DNA of 64,000 nucleotides, the filler included, from Reclinomonas americana ATCC 50394 (lineage: Eukaryota), in assembly GCA_048213135.1 (NCBI GenBank). It is 13 parts of 13 records of this genome, joined end to end, with 100 filler letters (N's around TTAATTAATTAA, not from the genome) between each part and the next. Parts side by side here need not be neighbours in the genome. Positions count along the whole stretch, not along the records: positions 1 to 17,789 come from AFZH01021583.1; positions 17,890 to 26,350 come from AFZH01021585.1; positions 26,451 to 27,775 come from AFZH01021588.1; 10 more parts are not named here. One strand, given 5' to 3'. The notes beneath the pieces were generated by a model, which ran no database searches, was not told the DNA's origin, and saw only the letters and a list, made by a program, of their open reading frames with translations. Positions 15,401 through 27,355 of this stretch are shown here, piece by piece; within the stretch, counting starts at the first letter, position 1, and every line of letters starts with the position of its first letter. The position numbers and the translations under genes are program-made.

Positions 15401-17535
15401 GGTCGTCGGAATGACGACAGCTGTTGGCGGATTGTTGATCGGCAAACTGTATGTGTACGTGGTCGACAGTGAGCCGTCCGAGGCGCTGACCACAATGTAC
15501 AGCGGACTCTGAAGGTAGCCCGTCAGCGGCGTATTGTTTGCCGGGTACAAGCTGCCGGCTTGGTCCATGGCAAATTTGCTGTTGCTGTCCGTGACGCCAC
15601 TGGTGGTGGTGAACGAGAAGGCGATGGTCTGACCAGTGTTGTACTCGGACGCCGAAAAAGTGCCGATCAGTGACGTCTGCCCGATAAGCGCGTAGGCACC
15701 CTTGGTGACCAGGCTGGTGTCGGAGGCGGTGAAGGCGACATTGTACGGCGCGTAGTTCACTGCACATGAGCAACGAAAACAAGCAAGTGAGCAGGCGAAT
15801 GGTGATGAGAAAGCAAGAGGCACCAGCGTGTGACGCACACTCGGTCAGAATGAACACCTTGGTGAACGTCAGCGTGTTGAATGTCGAACTGGTGGCCTTG
15901 AGCGTCACCGAAACCGGCCCGCTAATCACCGTTGTGCCGAGTGAGAGCGTGAGACCCGACACGGAAAACACGTTGGACAGTGCCTGATTGTTGGAGTCGG
16001 TGACCGAGTCCACCGTGATGGTGTTCCCGTTGAGCGGCGAGGGGTCACCGTCTGTGCAGAGTGAGCGAGCAATCGACGGCAATATGCAAGCAAGAGAGGC
16101 GACTGGGACGCACCCGTCACTGTGATCGTAGCCACCGTGAGTGTCAGTCGGCGAATATCGTACGTTGAAGCCGACAGAGTCAAATTCGTGGCAGCATTGT
16201 CGAGCGCGATCGATACAGATGTCGTGGACGTGGTGGATCCTCCACTGTGACGGCGATGAGCTTCTTCCACACATCGAAAAGTAGACGACGCAAACAGCAC
16301 TGCTGGGTGTAACCAACGCAACTTTCCGTCGCTGACAGAAAACTTAAAGGTCAGCGGTCCGACTTTTGGCGGGAGCAATGTTGCTTTCAGCGTGACGTTG
16401 CCGGTGGACGAGTCGACGTTGAACAAGGAGCTGCTGTCGGAACCATTGCTGACAATACTGAAGGAGAGTGTTTGTGCCGGTGTGTTGGGATCGGTGGCCG
16501 ACAACTGCACCAGCACGGTACTGGTGGGAATGCCCGTCGCCGTCAACGGGATGGCGTTGTTGGCGCCGGCCAGATTCGTCTCCACGTTCGTGTACGTCAG
16601 GCCGGTCGGGGCCTCGTTGACTGTGCGTCAACGTATCATGAGTCATTGTCAAGCGGGATGCACACCTTCATCACCCACGCGCAGCGTGCGTGCACGCAAC
16701 TCTCAGTCAGCGTGAACGTCTGATCAAAGAACAACAAAGAGTAGCTGGAGTCGGCGGCGCGAATCGTCACCGACACGTTGCCGCTGATGCTCGCGGCCGA
16801 GCCGCGCACCAAAAAGTAGGTGCTACCGACCTTGGAGACGGTGAATGCGTTGGCCACGGACTGCGAGTTTACCGTGGGTACGTTGATTTTGAGGGAGGCG
16901 GACGAGTCAGGATCTGCGGCGGTGGGGTGGAGTGAGGGGAAGAGAGGGACGAAGAGAAAAGAGAAGGGAGGGAGAGAAGAAAGGGGGGAGAAGGGAGGGC
17001 GAGAGAGAAACACGCACACATATATACACACAAGCGCCGCACCAGTGATGGTAATGGTGGCCACGGATGCGCCAGAGGCCGACGTGCGGCTGTAGGTGGT
17101 GGTGGAGAGCGTGATCGCCGAGGGTGGATTATTCAGCAAGATCGTTGTCGTGAGAGTAGAGCTCGTCAGCGCCGGCGTGCTGCGAAGGTGTGAGAGGTAA
17201 GCCGTGCGATACATGCACACACGTGCCGGCAACACTCGACAAGAGACGCAACCCGCTGTCTTGCGCGTAGGTCTTGACAACGAGGCTGCCCACGACAGGC
17301 CCCAGCAGCGTGTCGGAGGGGTACAGTCCGGTGCCGCTGATAGCAAAGAGGAAATTGTTGCCTTGTCCATCGGCCAGCACGTACGTAATCGTCTGCGTCG
17401 TATTCGCGTCGGTGGCCGAGTAGGTGCCGAGGAGAGTCGAGCTGGGGACGCCGCCGGTCACCAACGGCAGGAACCCGCTGTCCTTCAGTGGTTGGAACAC
17501 GGCCGTGAATGCCAGGCCAGTGGGCGCGATATTAT
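1..17535 (-). CDS. Giant multi-exon extracellular adhesin-like protein (cadherin-like repeats + NHL repeats + Ig/IPT-like + putative lectin-like + Pmp-like beta-helix); 5' end lies in the gap, 3' end lies beyond the window
   Basis: Ser/Thr-rich exons separated by mostly 45-100 nt GT-AG introns that splice in frame where tested (e.g. TVTGGTYSSNTASSGGGA|FTLTSSVASFSNATM near 400-580; STGRVALVDLND|SYQFLLAS near 6690-6805). One junction near 4255-4310 is not cleanly resolved, so single-gene status is likely but unproven. Confidence 0.8.
5365..8640 (-). other. Four Ig/IPT(TIG)-like domains, in two pairs that each follow an NHL region (about 7975-8640 and about 5365-6225)
   Basis: Repeated pattern of V.I.G...C...GxY/WxLC: AGVYHVC, AGTWYLC, GTSQYRLC, PGTFALC. 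Also FTSIAPSTSLYNRPRQLVTITGEGL. Confidence 0.5.
6290..7885 (-). other. NHL-repeat beta-propeller region 2 of the giant gene
   Basis: VFVTDST|SHVLWRIDPQGTMTSVAGTYGTAGTRDAPFESAQFSQPTAM; ILYVADVGSGSIRRV; FVKPTALYFDSVNSKLYVAD. Confidence 0.75.
8700..10075 (-). other. NHL-repeat beta-propeller region 1 of the giant gene
   Basis: Spliced sequence includes YVRRVDPAGNVTSLAG, HVIRRISTDGFVTTYAGTAGVAGSTN and FNSPSGLDVSGTSLYVADTDNNSIRQV, which match the NHL repeat consensus. Confidence 0.8.
10153..17535 (-). other. Region encoding about 18 cadherin-like repeats within the giant gene
   Basis: Repeats start with NIAPT, NNPPS, NEAPT, DNAAT, NYAPY, NNPPT, NEAPT, NRPAT, NTPPT, DNAPT, NVAPT, NNAPT, NVAPT, NNPAT, NRAPT, NRAPS, NYAPT and FFGPT. 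Internal motifs GTLSxTDxN/DxD and VxATDSG resemble cadherin Ca2+-binding motifs. Confidence 0.75.
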
Positions 17536-17709
17536 CTGCAGCGGCAAAGGAAAATCAGCCTAGCACAACTGTGCCTCTCTCGCTCTCTCGCTTCTCCAAG
17601 GATGCTGTGAAGACAGAGAGGCGCTGCTTGCAAGAGGGTACGCTCTTTCCGATCCTGCCTCTCTTCGTCATCTTTCGAGTGTGCAAGTGCCCCAACTCCC
17701 ACCGTGCCA

Positions 17710-17712
<3 letters not shown>

Positions 17713-17782
<70 letters not shown>

Positions 17783-17787
17783 CACAC
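17713..17787. repeat. (CA)n microsatellite in an intron next to a gap
   Basis: Directly visible. Confidence 0.95.
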
Positions 17788-17789
17788 GA

Positions 17790-17889
17790 NNNNNNNNNNN
17801 NNNNNNNNNNNNNNNNNNNNNNNNNNNNNNNNNTTAATTAATTAANNNNNNNNNNNNNNNNNNNNNNNNNNNNNNNNNNNNNNNNNNNN
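17790..17889. other. Artificial 100-nt scaffold spacer N44-TTAATTAATTAA-N44. Others at 26351, 27776, 37667, 39093, 41760, 51148, 52673, 54692, 56581, 57715 and 60540.
   Basis: Identical N-flanked six-frame-stop linker occurs 12 times. True gap sizes are unknown, and some must exceed 1 kb because the AGL N-terminus and the VPS35L middle are missing. Confidence 0.97.
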
Positions 17890-18001
17890 TCCCCTCTCCC
17901 CTCTCCCTCTCCCCTCTCCCCTCTCCCCTCTCCCCTCTCCCCCTCTCCCCCTCTCCCCCTCTCCCCCTCTCCCTCACATGCGCGTTCGTGTTTGTCGACA
18001 G

Positions 18002-19331
18002 GCGTGAAGTGCGCAAGCGACCGGCCTTCCGGCGCACCACCAGCCTCGACTCCAACGAGAGCATCGAGCCTCTGTCGCCGGCAAATCCGCGGGTGAATGT
18101 GGCGCCCATGTCGCTGCATCCGTCCGACTTTTCGCTGGCTCCTGAACCGGAGGTGCCGGCCGACGCCGAGGACGACAAGGCCGTGTCGGAGCCTGATCGG
18201 GTGCGCGAGTCTCCCACCGGGGCGGCGGTGACAACACGCAGCCTGCGGGCCGGTGTGGATGCGACCGACGACGACGCCGGCGACGACAGCAGTCAGGAGG
18301 CGATGCCGGCAGAGACGCTGCTTGCGGCGTCCATGTCGGAGCGGGGAGCCGGAGGAGGACCGTCGTCGTCAGCGGCAGCTTCAGCGGCCGCCGGAGCTCC
18401 GGAGGAGATCACTTCGGTGGCTTCGCCATCGTCGGGTTTGGTCAGTTTTGGCCGCATGTTGCGCGACACGCTGGAGCGATACAACATGGCTCCAGCCCCC
18501 AAGCACTGGTTCTTTGTCGACCAGGTGAGAGGGAGGGAGGGAGCGGAGAAGGAGGGAGTGCAATTCCCTCTTTTTTTCGCTTTTCTCTGACATGCGGGTT
18601 GTGCGCCTCAGATTTTGAGCGTCAACAGCGTGAGCGGCGGCCAGTTCAGCGAAATGGGACCCGGTAATCGGCGTACCATCCGTGCCGTGGCACGCAAGTT
18701 TGAGCAATGTGCGTTGCGATGGAAGTTCTGCCAGCAGCTCGATTGCATTATTCTCACACACCGTTGCAGCTTCACGCGGAGTACAACTGGTGTGCGTGCG
18801 CTGGCTGGAGTTGTCGCCAATGCCGCACTCGAGCATGTCGTCGGCCGTGGCCGGCTTGGTCCGTGCGGGCAATCCACTCGAATCACCACCTCAAGAGGTT
18901 AATCTCTCTCTCTCCCCAACTGTCGTGCTTTCGCTCCTTCCTTCCACTGACCGGCGCATGCATGCAGCGTGAAATCTTTGTGGAGACACCAGAAGGAGCC
19001 GAGCTGGTTGACGTGCTGCGCGTACAACGCCGCGAGGCACAACTCCGTGCTCTCCGCCTGCTTTCCTCCTTGCAGCATTCACACGTTCTGCGATCCACTC
19101 CGTATTCTTCGGAGAATCCACGGCATGAGGGTCTCCTGCAGCAACTGTGGGACCAGGTTACGTACGGCAAACACCTCCATCCATGTCGATGACGGCAGTC
19201 TCACACCGCCGCACGCCGCAGGTGTTCCCTGACACGCCGCTCGCCGCTCGCGTGACGGACCAGTGGAAGCGACTTGGGTTCCAGGTGCGTGTGTGTGTCT
19301 TTGTGTGTCTTTCTCTCCTTGTTTCCCTTTT

Positions 19332-19382
<51 letters not shown>

Positions 19383-20748
19383 GTGTGTAAATATATCTTC
19401 TTTTTTCTCTCTTTCTCTGTCTTTCTGTTTCTCTTTCTCTCTTTTCTCTTCTTTTCTGTCTTTCTCTCTGTCTTTCTGTTTCTCTTCTTCTCTTCTTCTC
19501 TCTTCTCTCTCTCTTCTCTCTTCCTCTCTCTTTCTCTCTTCCTCTCTTTCTCTGCCTCTTGTCTTACTCTCTCAATTTGTCCCTGTCCCCAATGTGTCAC
19601 CAACCCTCGCTGCACTTCGCAGGGACGCGATCCTGCCACCGACTTCCGGGGCATGGGCCTGCTGGGCCTGCACCAGATGCTGTACATGAGCAAGTGGTAT
19701 CCGGACCTGACGCGCCAGTGCGTCGAGCAACACATGCGGTATCCGTTCGCCGTGACCTCAATCAACATCACCAGTCTGCTCGTCCGCGCCTGTGATATTG
19801 CTGCTGGTGAGTGAGAATTCAGTCCCCTCAGTTGTTGAGTGCCTCCGTCGTCTCATGCATGCTGCGCTGTGCAGCCGAGATATGGAAGGAGAGCGAGCTC
19901 AAGGCAGACAGCTTGCCGCCGGCTGGCATGCCGGCGTCGCCAACCTCTGCACTGCGCGACATGACCGAGGGGCAGCGCAAGGCCCTCAAGCATGTCAACG
20001 GCAATGCGCTGTTTTCGTTCCTCACCCGTGCCTCACTGTTCCACAGTCCAGACGACATCTTCAACGAGGTGAGTGTGTGTCTGCGAAGTCTTTTCTTGCG
20101 GTCGCAGGCCTGACTGTTACTGTGTGCGCACGCCAGGTGCACGTGGCGTACTTTGAGTGCTTGAACAAGGTCTACATTGAGAGCGATGGCGGCTATCTCG
20201 ACTTCAACGAGGTGATGAGAGTGTGCGAGGAGCGGTTGGCTATGGCGCTGTGCCCGCGATCGCAGGTACGGCCAGCTGTGTGTTTGTGTGTGCCTCCGAC
20301 GTTAAGAACCCTCATCTTCTACAAACACCAAAAACAGGACCCAACACGGATCCCCGTCGCATCACTGCCGGCGTTGCGCGAGGCTCTTCGTGTGACTATC
20401 ATGCCGCCGGAGCTGCAACGCATCGAGTTGAAGACAATCACTGACGAAATGTTCGCCTTGTCACCTGGTGCGTGGCCTATCGTTCTCCATCCCTTTGCCT
20501 TGCCCGAAAAGACTCACTCGTCGGTGGCAGAACAAGTCACGGACTTGAGCCGGCTCACCCAAGTGCACTCGGCATCGGCGTCGCTCGAAGCCGTGCGTGA
20601 CGCGCCTGTTGACATTCAGCGTGACGCAGAAGGAGACGAGGAGATAGAAGAAGAGGAAGACGGCGAAGATGATGACGACGATGAGGAGGAGGAGGAGGGT
20701 GCGGCGGGCGCAAGCGGCAGTGGTACCGCTGTTGCGAGTGCCCTGTGA
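18002..20748 (+). CDS. ELMOD: ELMO/CED-12 domain protein (ELMOD-type Arf-family GAP), 5' incomplete, with acidic C-terminal tail
   Basis: Spliced HEGLLQQLWDQ|VFPDTPLAARVTDQWKRLGFQ|GRDPATDFRGMGLLGLHQMLY...YPFAVTSINIT. The ELMO signature WxxLGFQGxDPxTDFRG, including the catalytic Arg, is intact. Confidence 0.9.
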
Positions 20749-20908
20749 GACGCGTCTGTTCCTTGTCTCGAATCTTTCGTGTTCTCATGGCGGTCGGGAG
20801 TGAAAGAAAAAAAGAAACAGAGCACCTGTCGTTCTTGCACATGCATTCACTTGCGTTTTTTTCTTTATTCGCACCTCTTAACTCTTTTTTCATCTGCCCC
20901 GGCGCAGA

Positions 20909-23900
20909 TCACGTCGCAGTGACCACACCGAGTGACTTGGACGCGCGCTCGTCCGGCACGTCCAACGTGCCGCTCGGCTCGCCGCCCGATCCCACCAACG
21001 CCTCTAACATGTCCACACTATCCTTCTTTCTCGCTACGCTGCAAATATCGTACAAATCGTCCAGTGCATCCAGCAGTGTGGCCGATGACCACGCCTGCAG
21101 CCAACCTGCGTAAGCCTCGAAACAGGAACACAGGGTAGAGGGACGGCACCACAAACCTGCGTCTCGCAGCTGAACCGACAGTGCGCGCCACCCTCATTCG
21201 TCAACTCCGGCAACCCGCGGTACGGCCCGTTGATCGCCGACACGTGTTGTTGCAGCAACCGGAAGATGTAGTAGGAGATACTTAAGCGCAAAAAAATGTA
21301 CGTCAGCACATGCAAACAAAAGAGGAGCGGTGCAAGTGGACGCAGACAAACCGGCCCGGCTCGCAAGAAGCAAAACGCGAGTCGAAACGCATCTGTATCG
21401 GGAACGACACAAGGAGGGTGAGAATCAAGAGAGCCAATCAATGTAAAGCAAAAGAAACAGCAAACCTTGGCTCGCAAGTAGTATCCGAGTGGCCACAGCC
21501 TGGTGTCGACGGCGAGTGGTTGAGAAGACAATTTCACAACGGTTCATGGGAGTAAAAACGCGCAATCTCACCACTCGGGACCCTGATGATAATTGAAGCC
21601 TCGCGCCACCGAATAGTCCTCCGAGTCCAAGCTGTTGTCGTACACGGGCCTGTAGGCCCAGTCAGCCGGATCCAGTGTCTTCATCTGCGAGTACACAGTG
21701 GTAAGACAGGGGATGGATGGGAAGATCATGCTCGCCACCAACGCACCCCCAGCTTGGACACCAACACTTGCTCGACCATCTTCAGCGCGTGCGCCGCATG
21801 CTCGTGCACAAAGAGCTCCGGCGCCACGCACATGGCCACACACTGATTTGGTCGCAACTGGTAATCGGTGAACTGATCCGTGCTCCGGTACACATCCTTG
21901 TAGATACCACGACGATGCACCAACGACGGCGTAATGTCATACGTGTTGGCGTAGTCAGCCAGATCCGAGGCACTTCCCGCCGACGTCATGCTCGACGAGC
22001 ACGACAGGCCAAGCTTGTCCAGTGCCGCAGAGGAGCCTCCAAAGTCTGCCACAACAACCCCAGAGAATGAGAATATGTGACGATTGAAGAGGAAATCACC
22101 GCCAAACTCACCAGTCAGGCTCGTCGACGTGACAAGCCGCATGGAAGTTGACGTGGCGGGAATGTAGAAGCACCGCTCAAAGTTCTCAAACACCAACGCT
22201 GAACATCACACACGCAGCGCAGTCAGCACATGCCGAGCGAGCGGGGCACGCAGAGTGTTGAAGAGGGAGGGCGGTGCGTACCTTGCCAGTCGCTGTAGAA
22301 GAATGTCTCCTCTGTGTCAAAGAGGAACACGCCGGCGTACGGGAACGCATCGGGATCCGAGCTCTGCAACTCGCTCAACCACCGCAGAGTGGAGAACAGG
22401 AGACCGGCAATCTCGATGGGGCATCCGTCACGGGGGGTGGCTGGAATGCCAAAGTTGTTGGCCACGGTGCTCTCGCCCACCTTGTCCATCCATGTGCCTG
22501 CGGGAAAATGGGGTTCAGCGAGTCGTCGGCGTAGTGCACCAACCCATCACGAGGATGCACGAACCGGCATTGAACTTGTTGCCGCCAAAGAGAAGACCGG
22601 TCTCGCGATCCAGATCAATGTCGACATTGAAACCATCGGATGTCTGCGAGAGACAACGAATGGGCCACACACGTCACAAAGCGCAAGCAAGGCGATAAAG
22701 AGTGCGTCCACGCACCATGCGCTCGTCAATGTCCTTGCCGGCGTTCCACTGCACCACGACCGCTGAGTAATGCACACGCGAGCAGTAAATCATGGGCCCC
22801 CAACATACCTCGCGGAAGTGGATGCCATTGGCGTGCTCCTCCATAATGGACTGAATAACATCACGCAGCGGCACTGTGGACTCTTGCGCAGCCGGTGTCT
22901 CGCGACGATTCTCACGGCGTCGCACCGTGGCCTCACGGCGGTGCGGCAAGCTGCGCGGACTCGACGCCGACTTGCCGCTGCTGCTGAGACTCATGGTTGG
23001 CGACCGCGCCGACGCGTGCGGGGATGGTGACCGAGACGCCGACTGTTGCAGGGAATACCCATCAGCACCTCTCACACGCACTCGGACACAAAAAGACAGC
23101 AAGCCGCGCACCACCGATCGGCCAGAATCCTCCTGCACGTGGATGGTGCGCGGATCGGGGCGATGGATCGGGAAGCGCAGCTCCACCGGCTTGTCCAGAA
23201 TGGCCAACCCGTCGGAGGGGTGCATGGTCACGTAGTCCTGCACCGCTTGCAGGAACCACCACACTATAGTGACGGAAAAGAAGATGAGTGAGCTTGCTTT
23301 GGCTGAGAACCTTCACTGCCCGCACAAGCACAACCGACCTGAATCGCGACTGTTGTATCGCGGATTCCGACCGCCGTCCTTTACACATGGCACACAATCG
23401 TCAGCATGAAAGTCTGGAAGATACAAATACACACATGCGCGCACATACCAGCAAGTTGGGAATGAGACCGTGGCGCAGACACCTAGCAAACCCGATAATG
23501 ACGTCCTCGGCCTCCTTGAAGCGTCCCGTAACCAGCATCAGGCCTGCCAAGTAGCGCGCATGAGCACCTTCATTCGCAAGAACGTGACAGTGGAAACACA
23601 TGTGACGTACCGCGCAGAGAAATGAACGTGTCGCGACCCCAGGCGCGCATGTAGCCAGTCGCAAAGTGGTCCAGACCGGCGGCCAGACTCGGCGACGGGC
23701 TCTGCGCGCACGGAAATGAGACAAAGCAAGCCGAGAAGCGGTGATGCGCGGACCACCTCCAAAACAAACCTTGTCGTGCTCAATCGGTGCATTGGGAATG
23801 TTGCCAAAGAGCTGGATGCTGGTCAGTGCCAGCGCACGTGTGAAATCGCTAGCGTCGACCACCGACTGCACGAATCGGCAACAGGTCAGAGGCACACCAT

Positions 23901-26276
23901 TGCAGAGAAAGTTGAAAGAAGCATGCGCAACTCGACAATCGGCAGGCAGCAACTGCAGTGCGCGGTTGCACAGCTCACGGCACACGTTGGACATGATGAC
24001 ATCAAAGTACTTCGGACGCAGGTAGTGCGGAGTCTGTCGGAAGATCTCGCCAGTGGTGGCCATCCACTGCTGCAGCCGTCGTGCACTCGGCAAGTCGCCT
24101 AGTCTGGCCGACACGTACTCGTAGAGCCAGTTGCCCGCACTGCAACGGGTGGCGTGTCAGCGACGACAACAGCATCGAGTGCATGCATATCGTTCCTTGT
24201 GCGCAGTACTCACCGAACGTTGCCGTACACGGGATGGCCCAGATCACGCGAGGCACGGGCGACATCGAGAGCCCACTGGATCGACGAGAAGCCAGCATAC
24301 GGCAGCTGCTGGAATCCAGGAATGCCATACGAGCCTCGGCCAAACGATGCCTGCTCTTCCGCATTGCAGCGGAACAAGACGTAGTTCAGTCCGACCAGGT
24401 CCAGCTCAGAGCACGCCTCGCGCAACGAGTCGCGGAGAGGAGCGCGCGACGGATTGCCACTGAAGCGAGATGAGATGCACGGCATCGCAGTGGGAAAGAG
24501 GGGCAGATGTGAACTGGCACGCACCACCACAACTCGGTCAGCGGCGTCAAGCGAACGGCCAGAGTCGGATTGGAGATGGAGAACACGGCAACGGACCCCG
24601 GCGGGAAGAGCGTCATCTAGAAAACCACATGTTCAGATCAGCGATGAGGCAGCAACGCACGTCCACTGTGTGAGCATGTGAACGCAACATCCACTGTCAA
24701 CTCGTCATGCTTCCATCCGGGTGTCTCATCGCTTTCGACACGGCGCACCGAGTAGAACGAGCCAAGGCTGTGCACTTCGGCGGGCAGACCGTGCAGAATG
24801 TGGTCACGCTTGCCTTGTGAACCGTGCGAATCCTGCGGCATGGCGAGTGAGGGACAGAAACACGCACTGCAGAGACGAGAGGGACGCACATCCTTCGGTT
24901 CCACCACACCCGACCACAGGAACAACTCGAGCTCGCCGGGGAGCGACACCTCGATGGACGATTGCGAGGCTGCGCAGGGCGAGGGGGGAGGAGTGAGTCG
25001 GGGACGGGATCACATGACGACGACCACCATGACAAACAGTGGACGCAACAGCGGCAGCTGGCAATGGCCGAACGCACAACCATGAGAAAGCCGTGATGTG
25101 TTTCGGCTCGGTAACGCAGAATGGCGTGCACATCACTGCACTTTTGATCCACGAACAACTCATTGTAGCCGTGCCGTCCCATGTGGTCGTGCAATCGGCT
25201 CAAGAACTGGAGGGGGAGGAGATTAGTGAGGAGATGCACTGACGAGAATGAGCAGAGGAAACCAAACAAACCTTGCGCGCACTGCTAATTCCAATCTGGT
25301 CCAAGATGTCGCCGTGTGGCAGCGCCGGCAGCAGGTTCTCACGCAGCGACTCGGGTTCCGACTCGGGACCCACACAGTACACCTCGGCACCGGTCTCCGA
25401 GACACTGCGAGAGACGTGGAGAGGGAAAAGTCAGCGAATTGTGTCAACACAAGGAGGTACAACCACACGCAACTCGAGTTGGAAGGTGGAGCCGCGAGTC
25501 GAGATTGCCGTCTGCTGAGCATGTGCAGGAGTGACGTACTGCATTAGAAAAGACAAATAGGGCGCGTAAGAACATTGTCAACTCTCGAGGACGTGGCAAG
25601 TCGCGGTCGTGTACCTGCGGATACAGACGCTTCTCGTGCACCACGTGGACATTTTCGCGGAACAGCTCGTCGTGACCCTTGACAGAGCCGACGGGGCATG
25701 CACACATGCAAACCATGGCGGTGGTCGGCAACACATCCTGCACGCCGCGCCGTTGCACAATGGTCTCATTGTCGTGTGTCACGTCGAAGAAGATCGAGGC
25801 GGGGCGGGAGGGCAGCAGCGGTCGCACAACACGGCCCTCCGAATCAAAGGTGACACTGCAACAGAACATGAATGTCAAACGGGGTGAACGCGGAGAATGC
25901 AACAGCGGCACAATGGTGACGGAACTCGGCAAACGGAGTGCCCACGCTCTCGCCGCAGCCAAAGCGGTGAACGAGGCTGCACCACAACAGGCACGAAGGT
26001 GAGAATGAGGAGAGTGCAGTGACTCTTTTGAGCGCATGGGGAGCTGACTCACCGTCCAAGCTCATGCGCATCGTTGGCATGCACACTTTCGCGCAACAGG
26101 CAGTCGACGCCGAGGTGCGATACGAACCACGAGTCGATCTCGTCCGAGCCGGTGAACAACTCGCCGAAAACAAACAGGTTTGGTCGCACTTCGCGCGCCT
26201 TGTCGAGCATGTACTGACCGACGTGGACGGGGGTGGAGTGCGCATTGTCGATGCGGAAACCGTGGAAGATGCGGGC
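20909..26276 (-). CDS. AGL: Glycogen debranching enzyme (4-alpha-glucanotransferase/amylo-1,6-glucosidase); the N-terminal part lies in the gap
   Basis: [91 protein letters not shown] and SCETQ|AWS. The catalytic motifs of both domains are present. Confidence 0.96.
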
Positions 26277-26289
26277 CTGTGTCACGCGC

Positions 26290-26330
<41 letters not shown>

Positions 26331-27355
26331 GCTCTCTGATCTAGTTGCTGNNNNNNNNNNNNNNNNNNNNNNNNNNNNNNNNNNNNNNNNNNNNTTAATT
26401 AATTAANNNNNNNNNNNNNNNNNNNNNNNNNNNNNNNNNNNNNNNNNNNNCGATTCCGCTGTGAGAGGGGGAAGGGGGAGGGATAGAGGGGAAGGGTGAG
26501 AAGGAGGGAAGGGGGGAAGGTGAAGTGAGGAAGGAAGGAAGGGAAGGTGAAGGAGGGAAGGAAGGGAAGGGTTGAGAGTGGGGAATAGGCGGCAAAGAGG
26601 AGAGAAGAGAAGGAGAGAAAGATGGGTGAGAAGGGGAGGGGCAAGGATGAGAAGGAAGGAAAAGGAAGGGTGAGAAGGACGGGGCGAGAAGGAAGGGGCG
26701 AGGAAGAAAGGGACTGGAAGGGGGGAGATATAGTGTAGCAAGGAGGAGAAGTGAGAAAGGGGAAGGGTGAGAGAGGAAGGAAGGGGAATGGTGAGAAGGA
26801 AGGGGTGAGAGTGGGAATGGTGAGGGAGGAAGGACGAGGGAAGGGGGGAGAGTGAAGCAAGGAGGGAAGGAGGGGAACGGAGAGAAGGAAGGGTTAAGAG
26901 TGGGGAACAGGAGGGAAAAAGAGACAAGGGAAGAAAGGAAACGAGGGGAGACAAGAGGAGAAGGGAGGAGAGAGAAGGAAGGGGGAAGGGTGAGAAGGAA
27001 GGGAGAGTGAGAAGGAAAGGGTGAGAGTGGGGAATGGTGAGGGAGGAAGGGAGGGTTGAGGTGGCAAAGAGGAAAGAGAAAGAAGGAGAGAAGAAGAGGA
27101 AATGGGAAAGGGGAAGGAAGGGGAGCGAAGGAAGGGGAGAGAAGGGCGAGCAGGGAAAGAGGAGTGGAAGGATGAGGAATGGTGAATAAGGAAGGGAGGG
27201 TGAGAAGGGAGGGGGGAAGGGAGACAAGGAGAGTTGAGAGGAAAGAAAGAATGAGAATGCAGTGAGACAGATGATCACGCATGATCTCTCATCTCTCCTC
27301 TCTCTCTCTATTTCCCTTCCCCTCCACGTGTGTGTGTGCATGTTTACATAAGCAC

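Noticed and set aside
17834..17845. Palindromic TTAATTAATTAA recurring 12 times
   Set aside because: Always embedded in N runs with a total length of 100 nt, so it is an artificial six-frame-stop linker. ORFs ending in XXXLIN are artefacts.
18381..18872. Minus-strand ORF with GTPITGSHFAELAAAHAVDA, faintly like a GBP/atlastin motif
   Set aside because: It is antisense to ELMOD exons and introns, with no other GTPase motifs or supporting exons.
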